Below are positions 27,212 to 36,636 of a stretch of 64,000 nucleotides of DNA, piece after piece (the first letter of the stretch is position 1; every line of letters starts with the position of its first letter). Source of the DNA: an uncultured Bacteroidia bacterium. GTDB lineage: Bacteria; Bacteroidota; Bacteroidia; Bacteroidales; ML635J-15. Location: positions 24,325-88,324 of the forward strand of contig CADCCZ010000008.1 of assembly GCA_902800045.1 (NCBI GenBank), written 5' to 3'. Position numbers and translations under genes: made by a program. The notes under the pieces are model-generated. The model was given only the letters and a program-made list of their open reading frames with translations. It was not told the origin of the DNA and searched no databases.

Positions 27212-28522
27212 ATGGAAAAAATTACAATAATTGTTATGATTTTAGGTGGATTAATCTTCTTTAGCCACCTACTAAACAAGCTTTTCGACAAGACAAAAAT
27301 ACCGAATGTATTAATTTTAATTACTATTGGTATAATTGCAGGTTTTTTCATCGACAGCAAGATTTTTTTTGGTGAAGTTGGTCGTGTTTTTACTACAATA
27401 ACCTTAATAATAATCCTATTCGAAAGCGGCGTAGGGCTGAAACTTCAGGAACTAAAATCATCAATTCTCTCGGCGACACTAGTAACAATAATAAACTTCA
27501 TATTTTCGGCAGGCATAGTGGTAGGCATAACAATGTGGCTTGCCGACTTCGATTTCACTACCGCACTTTTCCTAGGTTCCATACTTGGCGGCACATCGTC
27601 GGCGGTGGTAATACCAATGGTAAGGCAGCTCAACATGGGACATAAGGCAGGAACCGTGCTGCTTCTCGAGTCGGCATTCACCGACGTGCTGTGCCTTGTT
27701 GTCGGTCTGGCTGTGCTCGAAAGCATGAAGGCCGGGGACCTCGAGGCGACCTCTATTCTGGGGAACATGGCAAAATCGTTCCTGCTGGCAATACTGCTAG
27801 GTCTGTTCGGCGGATTTGCCTGGAGCCTGCTGCTCAATTGGATACGCGGAATAAAAAACTCGATGTTCACCACTCTGGCTCTCGTATTCATAATTTACGG
27901 ATGCGCCGAACTGCTCGGCCTCAACGGCGGAATTGCAGCCTTGTCGTTCGGAATTGTGCTTGGCAACTCCGAATACTTCGACAAGATGAAACTGTGGAAG
28001 CGCATTTTCAAAATCGAGACCGCAAAACTCAACGACAACGAAAAGAACTTTTTCTCCGAAATCGTATTTGTGATGCAAACCTATTTCTTCGTTTACATCG
28101 GAATTGTTATCGAGTTCGGCACACCTCTGATATACCTCATTTCCGTAATGATAGTATGTCTAGTAATAATTGCAAGGATCCCGACAGTCAGGCTGCTTGT
28201 CCGCAAGGACTGCTCACCCGACGACAAGTTGCTGATGTCGATAATGATGCCAAAGGGACTTGTCCCTGCAATTTTGGCTTCCATTCCGCTACAGGAAGGA
28301 CTTCCGTACGGACAGGAAATTGCCGAAATAGGCTATGCGGTAGTACTCACAAGCATAGTAATGTGCAGTCTGCTGATAATAATACTTGGCAAAAAGAAGA
28401 GCACCAAGGCGCAAGCCGACATATCCACAATACTTCCAATAGAAACCCAAACCGAAACAACAAATGAAAACACAACAGAAGCAACCGACACCGAAGTGCT
28501 ACACGAGTCGGATAACAATTAA
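27212..28522 (+). CDS. Cation:proton antiporter (Na+/H+ exchanger family)
   Basis: 436 aa, polytopic, with a typical CPA N-terminus (LGGLIFFSHLLNKLFDKTKIPNVLILITIGIIAG) and an acidic C-terminal tail. Confidence 0.85.
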   Translation: MEKITIIVMILGGLIFFSHLLNKLFDKTKIPNVLILITIGIIAGFFIDSKIFFGEVGRVFTTITLIIILFESGVGLKLQELKSSILSATLVTIINFIFSAGIVVGITMWLADFDFTTALFLGSILGGTSSAVVIPMVRQLNMGHKAGTVLLLESAFTDVLCLVVGLAVLESMKAGDLEATSILGNMAKSFLLAILLGLFGGFAWSLLLNWIRGIKNSMFTTLALVFIIYGCAELLGLNGGIAALSFGIVLGNSEYFDKMKLWKRIFKIETAKLNDNEKNFFSEIVFVMQTYFFVYIGIVIEFGTPLIYLISVMIVCLVIIARIPTVRLLVRKDCSPDDKLLMSIMMPKGLVPAILASIPLQEGLPYGQEIAEIGYAVVLTSIVMCSLLIIILGKKKSTKAQADISTILPIETQTETTNENTTEATDTEVLHESDNN

Positions 28523-28919
28523 GTCGCTCGAAGGCGGCGGAAAGCATATTTTTGTGCAGTGCACGATAATGGGGCAAAAGCACTTCATGCTGATTGACAC
28601 AGGCTGCTCCAACACCGTATTCGACAGCAACACGGAAACATTTTCGGGCATTCGTCTGCACGAAATAAAGGACAGCGGAAAAAATTACAGCCTAAATGCT
28701 TCGATCGACGATGTGAAAGTTGGAAAAATCAACGACTTTGCAATCGGCAGGTTCAAGGTAAACATAAATCGAGCAGTGTTTATCAGTCTCGAGCACATCA
28801 ACGCGCTCTACGAAAGTCTGATTGGGCGAAAAATTATTGGCATTCTTGGCAGCGATTTCCTAAAAAAATACAAGGCGGTTATTGACTTTGGAGCAGGAAA
28901 GATGGCATTGAAAAAATAG
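28464..28919 (+). CDS. Retropepsin-like (clan AA) aspartic protease domain protein
   Basis: 151 aa with the catalytic motif LIDTGCSNTVFD and a later ILGSDFL. The start is uncertain. ATG 28464 overlaps the antiporter gene by 59 nt, and the next ATG (28569) would remove the first strands of the fold. Confidence 0.6.
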   Translation: MKTQQKQPTPKCYTSRITIKSLEGGGKHIFVQCTIMGQKHFMLIDTGCSNTVFDSNTETFSGIRLHEIKDSGKNYSLNASIDDVKVGKINDFAIGRFKVNINRAVFISLEHINALYESLIGRKIIGILGSDFLKKYKAVIDFGAGKMALKK

Positions 28920-29067
28920 AAATATCAGTCTTTCTTTTTGAAAAAAAATCGTCCTTCGGGATTTGTAATCCCGAAGGCAAGAGTATAAGGATATTCTATC
29001 CACTAATTTTTTTCTCTTCCTCCAAAACTCGATTGTACATTAATTTATTTCCATATTTCAACACAAA

Positions 29068-29094
29068 ACGGCAGACTTTTTTCTGTCGTTTTTT
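29068..29094 (+). terminator. Terminator-like hairpin upstream of secDF
   Basis: 8-bp stem acggcaga/tctgtcgt (one G-T pair), 6-nt loop, then T6. It lies 150 nt after the protease gene stop. Confidence 0.45.
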
Positions 29095-29156
29095 ATGCTG
29101 TTTTTCTGCTCAAAAAAATAAATAATTTAATCTGTCTTTCTTTTTGAAAAAAACAC

Positions 29157-29164
29157 TATATTTG
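29157..29164 (+). promoter_or_regulatory. Candidate -7 box TATATTTG
   Basis: 46 nt upstream of the secDF ATG 29211. Confidence 0.5.
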
Positions 29165-29210
29165 CGACCTTAAAAATTTTATGTAAACTTAGTAATAAAA
29201 ATTTGTAAAA

Positions 29211-32200
29211 ATGCGTAACAGAGGAGCGATTATTTTATTATCGGTACTGCTTGCAATCATCAGCTTGTACTACCTCTCTTTCACATTTGTAGTGAACAAG
29301 GTGGAAGGTGATGCAGAAGAATATGCGCAGGCATACGTTGATAACGGAAATTATGGCAATCTTACAGACGCCGACCGCAACGTTTTGATTGACAAACAGA
29401 AAAAGGCGTACTTGGATTCAGTTGACAATCAGGTGGTGTATAGGCTCTTAAAGAAATACACCTATAAGGATTGTAAGGAAAGAGAGCTTAACTTGGGCTT
29501 GGACCTCAAGGGAGGTATGAATATTTCGTTGGAAATTTCTGCAGAAGATGTGCTTTTGTCATTGGCAAGAGACAACAACAATCCCGCTTTGCTTAAGGCA
29601 ATCGAAGAAGCAGGAAAGCAGACTTCTGACCAGACAGGTACCAATTTCATAGAAAGTTTTGGCAAGGCTTACAAGGAATTGCAAATGGCCGACAAGCCGG
29701 CAATGGCAGCACTTTTTGCAACTTCTCAGAATCAGGACAAGATAAGCATAACATCGACTGACGAAGAAGTAATAGATTATTTGGCGAAGGAATACGATGC
29801 TGCTATCGGTAATGCATACGACGTTATCAACAAGCGTATCGACCAGTTCGGCGTTGTTCAGCCCAACATCCAGAAGGACGTTGCCGTAAAGGGTGTTTTC
29901 CACATCGAACTTCCTGGTATCAAGGATCCGGAACGTGTTGAAAAACTCTTGAAGCAAGCTGCTGTTCTCGAATTCTGGGAAACTTACAACTATAACGAAA
30001 TTCAGAGTTCACTCATTGCTGCCGACCAGGCAATTATTGCCGCAAAGAAGGCTGAAGCAACAAGAGGAACTGCAAATGTTGAAGCCGACACTGTAGCAGA
30101 GCCTGCAATCGCAGAAGCCGACACCACAGCTGCTGCCGACAGCACAAAGGCTGAAGAAAACGTTGCTGACGCTACAGATACCGAATACTCGATATTCAAC
30201 CGCTTGCTCCAGCAGGCTGGCGGACGTACAGTTGGCGGAGCATGCATCGGTTTTGCAAAGAAAGCCGACATGGAATCGATTATGACCGACCTTAACCGCA
30301 AGGAAGTTAGGAGCTTATTCAAGAAAGACCTCGAATTCGCATGGGGATTCAAGGAACTCAAGGAAGCTCCAGGATACTACGAACTCATAGCCCTCAAGGC
30401 TTCGAAGGACGGCAAGGCTGCCCTCAACGGCGAAGTCGTTACCGACGCTCGTCAGGAATTCGGTCAGACCAGCGCAACCGCCGAAGTTACAATGGCAATG
30501 AACAACACCGGTTCTACACAGTGGGCACGTATCACAAAGGAAAACGTTGGCAGATCTATCGCAATCGTTCTCGATAACGCCGTTTACTCATATCCTAATG
30601 TAAACGAAGAAATCAAGGGCGGGCGTTCACAGATCACTGGTAACTTCACTCTCGAAGAAGCTACCGACTTGGCAAACGTATTGAAGGCTGGTAAGATGAC
30701 AGCTCCAGCAGTAATCCTCTCGAAGGAAGTTGTTGGTCCGTCACTTGGTCAGAAGGCTATCGACTCGGGTATGTACTCGTTCATCATCGCCTTCATCCTC
30801 GTTCTTATCTACATGATTTTCTACTACAACAAGGCTGGTCTCGTTGCAGACGTTGCTCTTATCTGCAACCTCTTCCTTATCTTCGGTGTTATGGCATCGC
30901 TTGGTGCTGTTCTCACCCTCCCGGGTATCGCAGGTATGGTACTTACTATAGGTATGTCGGTGGATGCTAACGTTCTTATTTACGAGCGTATCCGCGAAGA
31001 AATAAGAAGCGGCAAGATGATTAAGTCGGCAGTGGCAGACGGTTACAAGAACGCTTATTCGGCAATCCTCGACTCCAACATCACTACTATTCTTATAGGT
31101 ATAGTTCTTGCTTACTTCGGTGTTGGTCCTGTTAGAGGTTTCGCAACTACTCTTATTATAGGTATCCTTACTTCGTTGTTCACAGCAATCTTCATCACCC
31201 GTATCATCTTCACCAAGATGCTCGATAAGGACAGAAAGATTACCGTTGGCAACAAGATTACAAACAACGCTTTCACCAACCTGCACTTCGACTTCCTCAA
31301 GGGCAGCAAGATTGCATTCATCATTTCTGGAACCTTGATAGTTGTTGGTATCATTTCGTTGTGTACTTTAGGATTGAAGCAGGGTATCGACTTCACAGGT
31401 GGTCGTAACTATGTTGTTAAGTTCGAAAACAATGTAGAACCCGAACAGATAGCTGTTGCTCTCGAAGAAGTTTACGGCGACCGTCCAATCGTTAAGACTT
31501 TCGGTGATGCAAACCAGGTTAAGATTACAACCCAGTACAAGATCGACCAGATAAAGGACAAGGCTGCTGGCGAAGAAGCCGACAACCTCCTCTACACTGG
31601 CTTGAAGAACGGCAAGTTCCTGCCCGAAGGCGTTGACGAAAGAACATTCTTCGAAGATTACCGCCAGACATCGCAGGTTGTAGGACCTACAGTTGCCGAC
31701 GATATCAAGACCAAGTCATCGGTTGCTATCCTCCTCGGACTTGTGGTAATGTTCCTCTACATCCTCCTCAGGTTCCGCAAGTGGCAGTACTCACTCGGTG
31801 CAACCATCGCTTTGATACACGACGTTTTGATAACCCTCGGTATCTTCTCGCTGCTCTACTCGGTAATGCCGTTCAACATGGAAATCGACCAGGCATTCAT
31901 CGCAGCTATCTTGACAATCGTTGGTTACTCAATCAACGATACCGTGGTTATCTTCGACCGTATCAGGGAATACACAGGCTTGTACCCCAACCGCGACAGA
32001 AAGTCGGTTATCAACTCGGCAGTAAACAGCACTGTTGGCCGTACAATCAACACCTCAATGACTACCTTGGTGGTATTGCTCGCAATATTCATCTTCGGCG
32101 GTGAATCAATCAGAGGCTTCTGCTTCGCATTGCTCATCGGTGTCATCGTAGGTACATATTCGTCAATCTTCATCGCCTCCCCGATGGCCTACATCTTTGG

Positions 32201-32234
32201 CGTTGGCAAGAAGAAAGGTGAAGAAACAAAGTAA
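29211..32234 (+). CDS. secDF: Protein translocase subunit SecDF (fused)
   Basis: 1007 aa. It has a SecD-like N-terminus and periplasmic domain followed by two 6-TM blocks, the arrangement typical of Bacteroidota SecDF fusions. Confidence 0.93.
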   Translation: MRNRGAIILLSVLLAIISLYYLSFTFVVNKVEGDAEEYAQAYVDNGNYGNLTDADRNVLIDKQKKAYLDSVDNQVVYRLLKKYTYKDCKERELNLGLDLKGGMNISLEISAEDVLLSLARDNNNPALLKAIEEAGKQTSDQTGTNFIESFGKAYKELQMADKPAMAALFATSQNQDKISITSTDEEVIDYLAKEYDAAIGNAYDVINKRIDQFGVVQPNIQKDVAVKGVFHIELPGIKDPERVEKLLKQAAVLEFWETYNYNEIQSSLIAADQAIIAAKKAEATRGTANVEADTVAEPAIAEADTTAAADSTKAEENVADATDTEYSIFNRLLQQAGGRTVGGACIGFAKKADMESIMTDLNRKEVRSLFKKDLEFAWGFKELKEAPGYYELIALKASKDGKAALNGEVVTDARQEFGQTSATAEVTMAMNNTGSTQWARITKENVGRSIAIVLDNAVYSYPNVNEEIKGGRSQITGNFTLEEATDLANVLKAGKMTAPAVILSKEVVGPSLGQKAIDSGMYSFIIAFILVLIYMIFYYNKAGLVADVALICNLFLIFGVMASLGAVLTLPGIAGMVLTIGMSVDANVLIYERIREEIRSGKMIKSAVADGYKNAYSAILDSNITTILIGIVLAYFGVGPVRGFATTLIIGILTSLFTAIFITRIIFTKMLDKDRKITVGNKITNNAFTNLHFDFLKGSKIAFIISGTLIVVGIISLCTLGLKQGIDFTGGRNYVVKFENNVEPEQIAVALEEVYGDRPIVKTFGDANQVKITTQYKIDQIKDKAAGEEADNLLYTGLKNGKFLPEGVDERTFFEDYRQTSQVVGPTVADDIKTKSSVAILLGLVVMFLYILLRFRKWQYSLGATIALIHDVLITLGIFSLLYSVMPFNMEIDQAFIAAILTIVGYSINDTVVIFDRIREYTGLYPNRDRKSVINSAVNSTVGRTINTSMTTLVVLLAIFIFGGESIRGFCFALLIGVIVGTYSSIFIASPMAYIFGVGKKKGEETK

Positions 32235-32251
32235 TAAAAGATATTTCGAGA

Positions 32252-32285
32252 AAAGGCTGTAACTACAGCCTTTTCTCTTCTTTAT
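32252..32285 (+). terminator. Rho-independent terminator after secDF
   Basis: Stem aaaggctgta/tacagccttt followed by a T-rich tail. Confidence 0.8.
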
Positions 32286-32318
32286 TATGAGGAAAATTAA
32301 TCAAAATTCAGATATTTT

Positions 32319-35252
32319 ATGAAAAAGTATGCATTAATAATTTTAGCACTTGTATTCGCATTGTCGGGCTGCAAGAAGGGTAACACCGGTCACGAAACAA
32401 AGACAGCCAAGGACGCAAACGGATACAACTACGAATATGTAGAAAACGACCCTTCGGGAACCCGTATCTACACGTTGGACAACGGCTTGAAAGTTTACCT
32501 CGCCGTAAACAAGGACGAGCCTAGAATTCAAACCTACATCGCAGTAAGGGCTGGTGCAAAGAACGACCCGCGCGAAACTACTGGTCTTGCTCACTACTTC
32601 GAACACATGATGTTCAAGGGATCGGACAAGATTGGAACAAAGGACTGGGAAAAAGAAAGCGTTCTCATTCAGGCAATCAGCGACAAGTTTGAAGAACATG
32701 CTGCCGAAACCGACCCCGAAAAGAAAGCCGCTATCTACGCTCAGATCGACAGCCTTTCGCAAGAAGCATCAAAGTACGCAATTGCTAACGAGTACGACAA
32801 GATTTGCTCGATTCTCGGTGCTACTGGCACAAACGCTTGGACATCGTACGAAGAAACCGTTTATGTAAACGAAATCCCTTCGAACGAAATCGACCGCTGG
32901 GCAAAGGTTGAAAGTGAAAGATTCCAGAACCTTGTTCTCCGTCTTTTCCACACCGAACTCGAAACCATCTTCGAAGAGTTCAACATGAACCAGGACCGCG
33001 ACAGCCGCAGACTTAGCAACACCATCTTCGCAAAACTCTTCAAGAACCATCCATACGGAACTGCTATCATCGGCAAGGGCGAACACCTGAAAAACCCGTC
33101 GATGGCAAACGTTATGAAGTTCAAGGCAAACTACTATGTTCCTAACAACATGGCAATATGTATGTCGGGTGACCTCGATTTCGAAGAGACCATCAAGATT
33201 ATCGACAAGTACTGGGGCAAAATGGAAAAGAACCCGAACGTACCAGAATTCACCTACACTCCCGAAGAAGAACGCACCGCTATCGAAGAATTTGACATCC
33301 ACGGACCAGAACCCGAAAACGTATGCATAGTATGGCGTACCCAGGGCAACAAGTCGCAGGAAGCAAAATACTTGTCGATGATCGGACAGATCCTCTACAA
33401 CGGAAAGGCTGGTCTCATGGACCTTGACCTCACCACTGCACAGAAGGTTATGGGTGCTTACGCTTACGGATATGCCCTCAACGACTACGGTATGTTCGAA
33501 ATGGCAGGTTATCCGCGCGAAGGTCAGAGCCTCGAAGAAGTTAGAGACCTGCTCATGGCCGAACTCGAAAAGGTTAAGAAGGGCGAATTCGAAGAATGGC
33601 TCCTCGAAGCTATCGTAAACGAAATGAAACTCAACCAGATAAAGTACATCGAAGGCAACGGCATCGCACACTCGTTTGTTAGCGCATTCATCTCGCAGAC
33701 TCCTTGGGAAGAAGAAATCTTCGACATCGAGAACTACGAAAAGATGACTAAGGACGAACTCGTTAAGTTTGCCAACGAATTCTTCAAGGACAACTATCTC
33801 GTAGCCTACAAGCGCCTGGGCGAACCCGACAACGTAATGCATGTTGACAAGCCGGCAATTACCCAGCTCAACATCGACCGCGCAAGCGAATCGGCATTCG
33901 TTACCGAACTCAAGAAGCAGGAACCTGCTGAAATCAGCCCCGAATTTGTTGACTACAAGGCTAAAATCCAAACAACCGAAATTGCCAAGGATTTGCCGAT
34001 GAGCTACATAAAGAACGAAAACAACGAATTGTTCTCATTGTACTACATTCTCGACATGGGCAAGGACAACGACAAGAAATTGGCTCTCGCTGTCAACTAC
34101 CTCGACTACTTGGGCACAACCGACAAAACTGTTGAAAAGCTTGCCGAAGAATGGTATCGTCTCGGTTGCAACTTCTATGTAAGCAGTGGCGCCGACAGAT
34201 GCTATGTATATATCAGCGGTCTCGACGAAAACCTCGAAGCAGCTATGAAGCTTATGGAGGAAATCCTTGCAAACGTAAAGCCCGACAAGGAAGTATATGA
34301 CGAATATGTAAACAGCATACTCAAGGATCGTTCGAATGCAAAGCTCAACAAGAACACCATCCTCAGCGGACTTGTAGCACGTTCGCAGTACGGCGAAGAA
34401 TCGCGCTTCACCAACAACCTCAGCGAAGAAGAACTCAAGTCAATCGACCCCGAAGAACTTACCAATATTATAAAGGGTATGCTCTCGTACAAGCACCAGA
34501 TTTTCTACTACGGTCCCCGCAAGATGGACGACGTTGTAAAGGTGATAAAGGAAAACCACAATGTTTCGGGCGAATACAAGGACTATCCAGAAGCCAAGAA
34601 TTTTGTAGAACGTGACTACGACAAGCCACAGGTTCTCTTCGTAAACTACCCGATGACACAGGTATTCATCGAATTGGTTTCGAAGGATATTAAGTTCGAC
34701 AAGTCGTTGTTGCCAATTTCGACAATGTTCAACGAATACTACGGCGGTTCGATGTCGAGCATAGTTTTCCAGGAAATCCGCGAAGCAAAGAGCTTGGCAT
34801 ACGGTTGCTACGCTGGCTACAGCAGAGCAAGAAAAGCCGAAAATTCGAACTACGTAATCGGCTACCTCAGCACACAGCCCGACAAGATGAAGGAAGCTCT
34901 CGAAGCTCTCGGCGAACTCATGAACGAACTCAAGCAGTCGCCCGAATCGTTCGAAATCAGCCGTCAGGCAATCATCAGCCAGATTAACACCGAAAGAATC
35001 ATAAAGAGCGGTATTTTCTGGAACTACCTTGCAAACAAGGAACTCGGAATCGAAAACGACTACCGCAAGGAAGTTTACGATGCAGTAAAGAACTTCACTC
35101 TCGAAGACGTAACCAAGTTCTTCAACGAGCACATCACCGGCAAGACCTTCGACATTATGATTGTTGGTCCGAAGGAAAAGGTTGATTTCAACCTGCTCAA
35201 GACCTACGGCGACGTAAAGGAACTTACAGTTGACGAAGTTTTCAACTACTAG
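32319..35252 (+). CDS. M16 (insulinase/pitrilysin) family zinc peptidase, lipoprotein
   Basis: 977 aa with lipobox ALSGC and the inverted zinc motif HxxEH in GLAHYFEHMMFKG. Confidence 0.9.
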   Translation: MKKYALIILALVFALSGCKKGNTGHETKTAKDANGYNYEYVENDPSGTRIYTLDNGLKVYLAVNKDEPRIQTYIAVRAGAKNDPRETTGLAHYFEHMMFKGSDKIGTKDWEKESVLIQAISDKFEEHAAETDPEKKAAIYAQIDSLSQEASKYAIANEYDKICSILGATGTNAWTSYEETVYVNEIPSNEIDRWAKVESERFQNLVLRLFHTELETIFEEFNMNQDRDSRRLSNTIFAKLFKNHPYGTAIIGKGEHLKNPSMANVMKFKANYYVPNNMAICMSGDLDFEETIKIIDKYWGKMEKNPNVPEFTYTPEEERTAIEEFDIHGPEPENVCIVWRTQGNKSQEAKYLSMIGQILYNGKAGLMDLDLTTAQKVMGAYAYGYALNDYGMFEMAGYPREGQSLEEVRDLLMAELEKVKKGEFEEWLLEAIVNEMKLNQIKYIEGNGIAHSFVSAFISQTPWEEEIFDIENYEKMTKDELVKFANEFFKDNYLVAYKRLGEPDNVMHVDKPAITQLNIDRASESAFVTELKKQEPAEISPEFVDYKAKIQTTEIAKDLPMSYIKNENNELFSLYYILDMGKDNDKKLALAVNYLDYLGTTDKTVEKLAEEWYRLGCNFYVSSGADRCYVYISGLDENLEAAMKLMEEILANVKPDKEVYDEYVNSILKDRSNAKLNKNTILSGLVARSQYGEESRFTNNLSEEELKSIDPEELTNIIKGMLSYKHQIFYYGPRKMDDVVKVIKENHNVSGEYKDYPEAKNFVERDYDKPQVLFVNYPMTQVFIELVSKDIKFDKSLLPISTMFNEYYGGSMSSIVFQEIREAKSLAYGCYAGYSRARKAENSNYVIGYLSTQPDKMKEALEALGELMNELKQSPESFEISRQAIISQINTERIIKSGIFWNYLANKELGIENDYRKEVYDAVKNFTLEDVTKFFNEHITGKTFDIMIVGPKEKVDFNLLKTYGDVKELTVDEVFNY

Positions 35253-35309
35253 AAAACTAATAGACTTACAAGCATAGATACTTGAAGTTATATTGGCGCA
35301 ATACACAAA

Positions 35310-35350
35310 ACAGCCTTGTAATCAGTTGAATGCAAGGCTGTTTTCTTATT
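35310..35350 (+). terminator. Terminator after the M16 peptidase gene
   Basis: Perfect 9-bp stem acagccttg/caaggctgt, 14-nt loop, then ttttcttattt. Confidence 0.65.
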
Positions 35351-35431
35351 TCTTAGACAGTTAGAGCAAAGAATGATAAATATTTTTCCAAAAAAAAAGT
35401 TAATAAAAATAACAAAGTAAAAAAATAAGTC

Positions 35432-35439
35432 TATCTTTG
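35432..35439 (+). promoter_or_regulatory. Candidate -7 box TATCTTTG
   Basis: 58 nt upstream of ATG 35498. Confidence 0.45.
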
Positions 35440-35497
35440 CGCTTTGAAATGAATTGAAAATTTAATTAATTATTGTATAACTTAAAATTTTAGAACA

Positions 35498-36352
35498 ATG
35501 AAAAACTTTAAAATTGTTATGATTTTGGTTGCTGCTGTTGCATTCTTCTGCAGCTGCGGTGAAAAAACTGTTACTATCACAATGACTGAAGCAAACGAGA
35601 CTCTTACTTACGACCTCGCTTCTGCAGCTACTCTTCCACTCTCTCTTACCTGCACAGTAAAGGCTGACGCTGGTATTAAGACTATTGCTGCTACTAGAAC
35701 TACTTACAACGGCGAAGAAGCTGTTAAGACTGTTGAATTCTTGTTCGACGAAGGTTTTGAAGGACAGGCAGAATACACTTTCGAAATTCCTGACACTTTG
35801 ATGAAGGCTGAACTCGTTGCTGGTTACACTGTTGTTTACAACGTTTCTGCAACCGACAAGAAAGACAACGCTGGTGCAAATGAATACACTATCACTATTA
35901 CCGAAAGCGCTAATCCTATCGCTGCTAACTGGAGTGCAGAAATCATCCTCAGCAACCAGAGCTGGGCTACTTACAATGGTACAGCTCCTAGCGGACAGGA
36001 AAACGAAACTATCGGTGTTAAGTACTTGGAAAAGAACGACCACAAGGCTTACAACTTGTATGCACAGCCAACTGAAGGTGCTAGCTGGGTATTTGTAGAA
36101 AACATCGAAGGTTTGACTACTGACGTTGCTTTGGCAGAAGCTTTCAACAATGGCGAAGTTGTAACTGGTAGAACTATGTTCCCAGCTAACGACAACGCTA
36201 AGGCTTTCCAGGAAAAGTACTTCATCTGCAAGAACAAGAACAACGAATATGTACTTGTTGACTATGTAGCAGGTAACATGAGCGCTACAACTGGTAACGT
36301 AATGGTATTCAAGTACAAGAAGGCTGAAACTGCTCCAGTTGCTGCAAAGTAA
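35498..36352 (+). CDS. Hypothetical lipoprotein
   Basis: 284 aa with signal and lipobox MKNFKIVMILVAAVAFFCSC. It has its own TAnnTTTG box and a strong terminator. No family recognised. Confidence 0.7.
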   Translation: MKNFKIVMILVAAVAFFCSCGEKTVTITMTEANETLTYDLASAATLPLSLTCTVKADAGIKTIAATRTTYNGEEAVKTVEFLFDEGFEGQAEYTFEIPDTLMKAELVAGYTVVYNVSATDKKDNAGANEYTITITESANPIAANWSAEIILSNQSWATYNGTAPSGQENETIGVKYLEKNDHKAYNLYAQPTEGASWVFVENIEGLTTDVALAEAFNNGEVVTGRTMFPANDNAKAFQEKYFICKNKNNEYVLVDYVAGNMSATTGNVMVFKYKKAETAPVAAK

Positions 36353-36377
36353 TTTGAACATCTAAATTGAAAACATA

Positions 36378-36407
36378 AGAGGCTCGAAATTCGAGCCTCT
36401 TTTTTTG
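36378..36407 (+). terminator. Rho-independent terminator after the lipoprotein gene
   Basis: Stem aagaggctcgaa/ttcgagcctctt followed by T7. Confidence 0.9.
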
Positions 36408-36492
36408 TGCATATAAAAACATTACAGTTCCCATTTTAAATGGACAAAACTTTGTATTCGCCTCTTAATCATCCCAGAAAAATAGTTATTTT

Positions 36493-36558
36493 TGACCTCG
36501 GAGAGGTCATACCAATATAGCATAAATCCAAAAATATTCATCGACCTCGGAGAGGTCG
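36493..36558. repeat. Two copies of the palindrome GACCTC-GGA-GAGGTC, 49 nt apart
   Basis: tgacctcggagaggtca at 36493-36509 and cgacctcggagaggtcg at 36542-36558, between the lipoprotein terminator and the pgk terminator. Confidence 0.8.
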
Positions 36559-36586
36559 CACATAATATATAGATTTCGTATATATC

Positions 36587-36613
36587 AAAAAAAGAGGCTC
36601 CAAAGGAACCTCT
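36587..36613 (-). terminator. Terminator after pgk
   Basis: Stem agaggctcc/ggaacctct (one mismatch). An A7 run on the plus strand gives a T7 tail on the minus strand, 24 nt past the pgk stop. Confidence 0.7.
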
Positions 36614-36636
36614 TTTCACTATATCAACGATTTATA

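Noticed and set aside
28953-28977. Perfect 10-bp hairpin ccttcgggat/atcccgaagg as the terminator of the protease gene.
   Set aside because: No T-run follows it on the plus strand. The T-run is on the minus strand, where no upstream gene exists. A better plus-strand terminator lies at 29068-29094.
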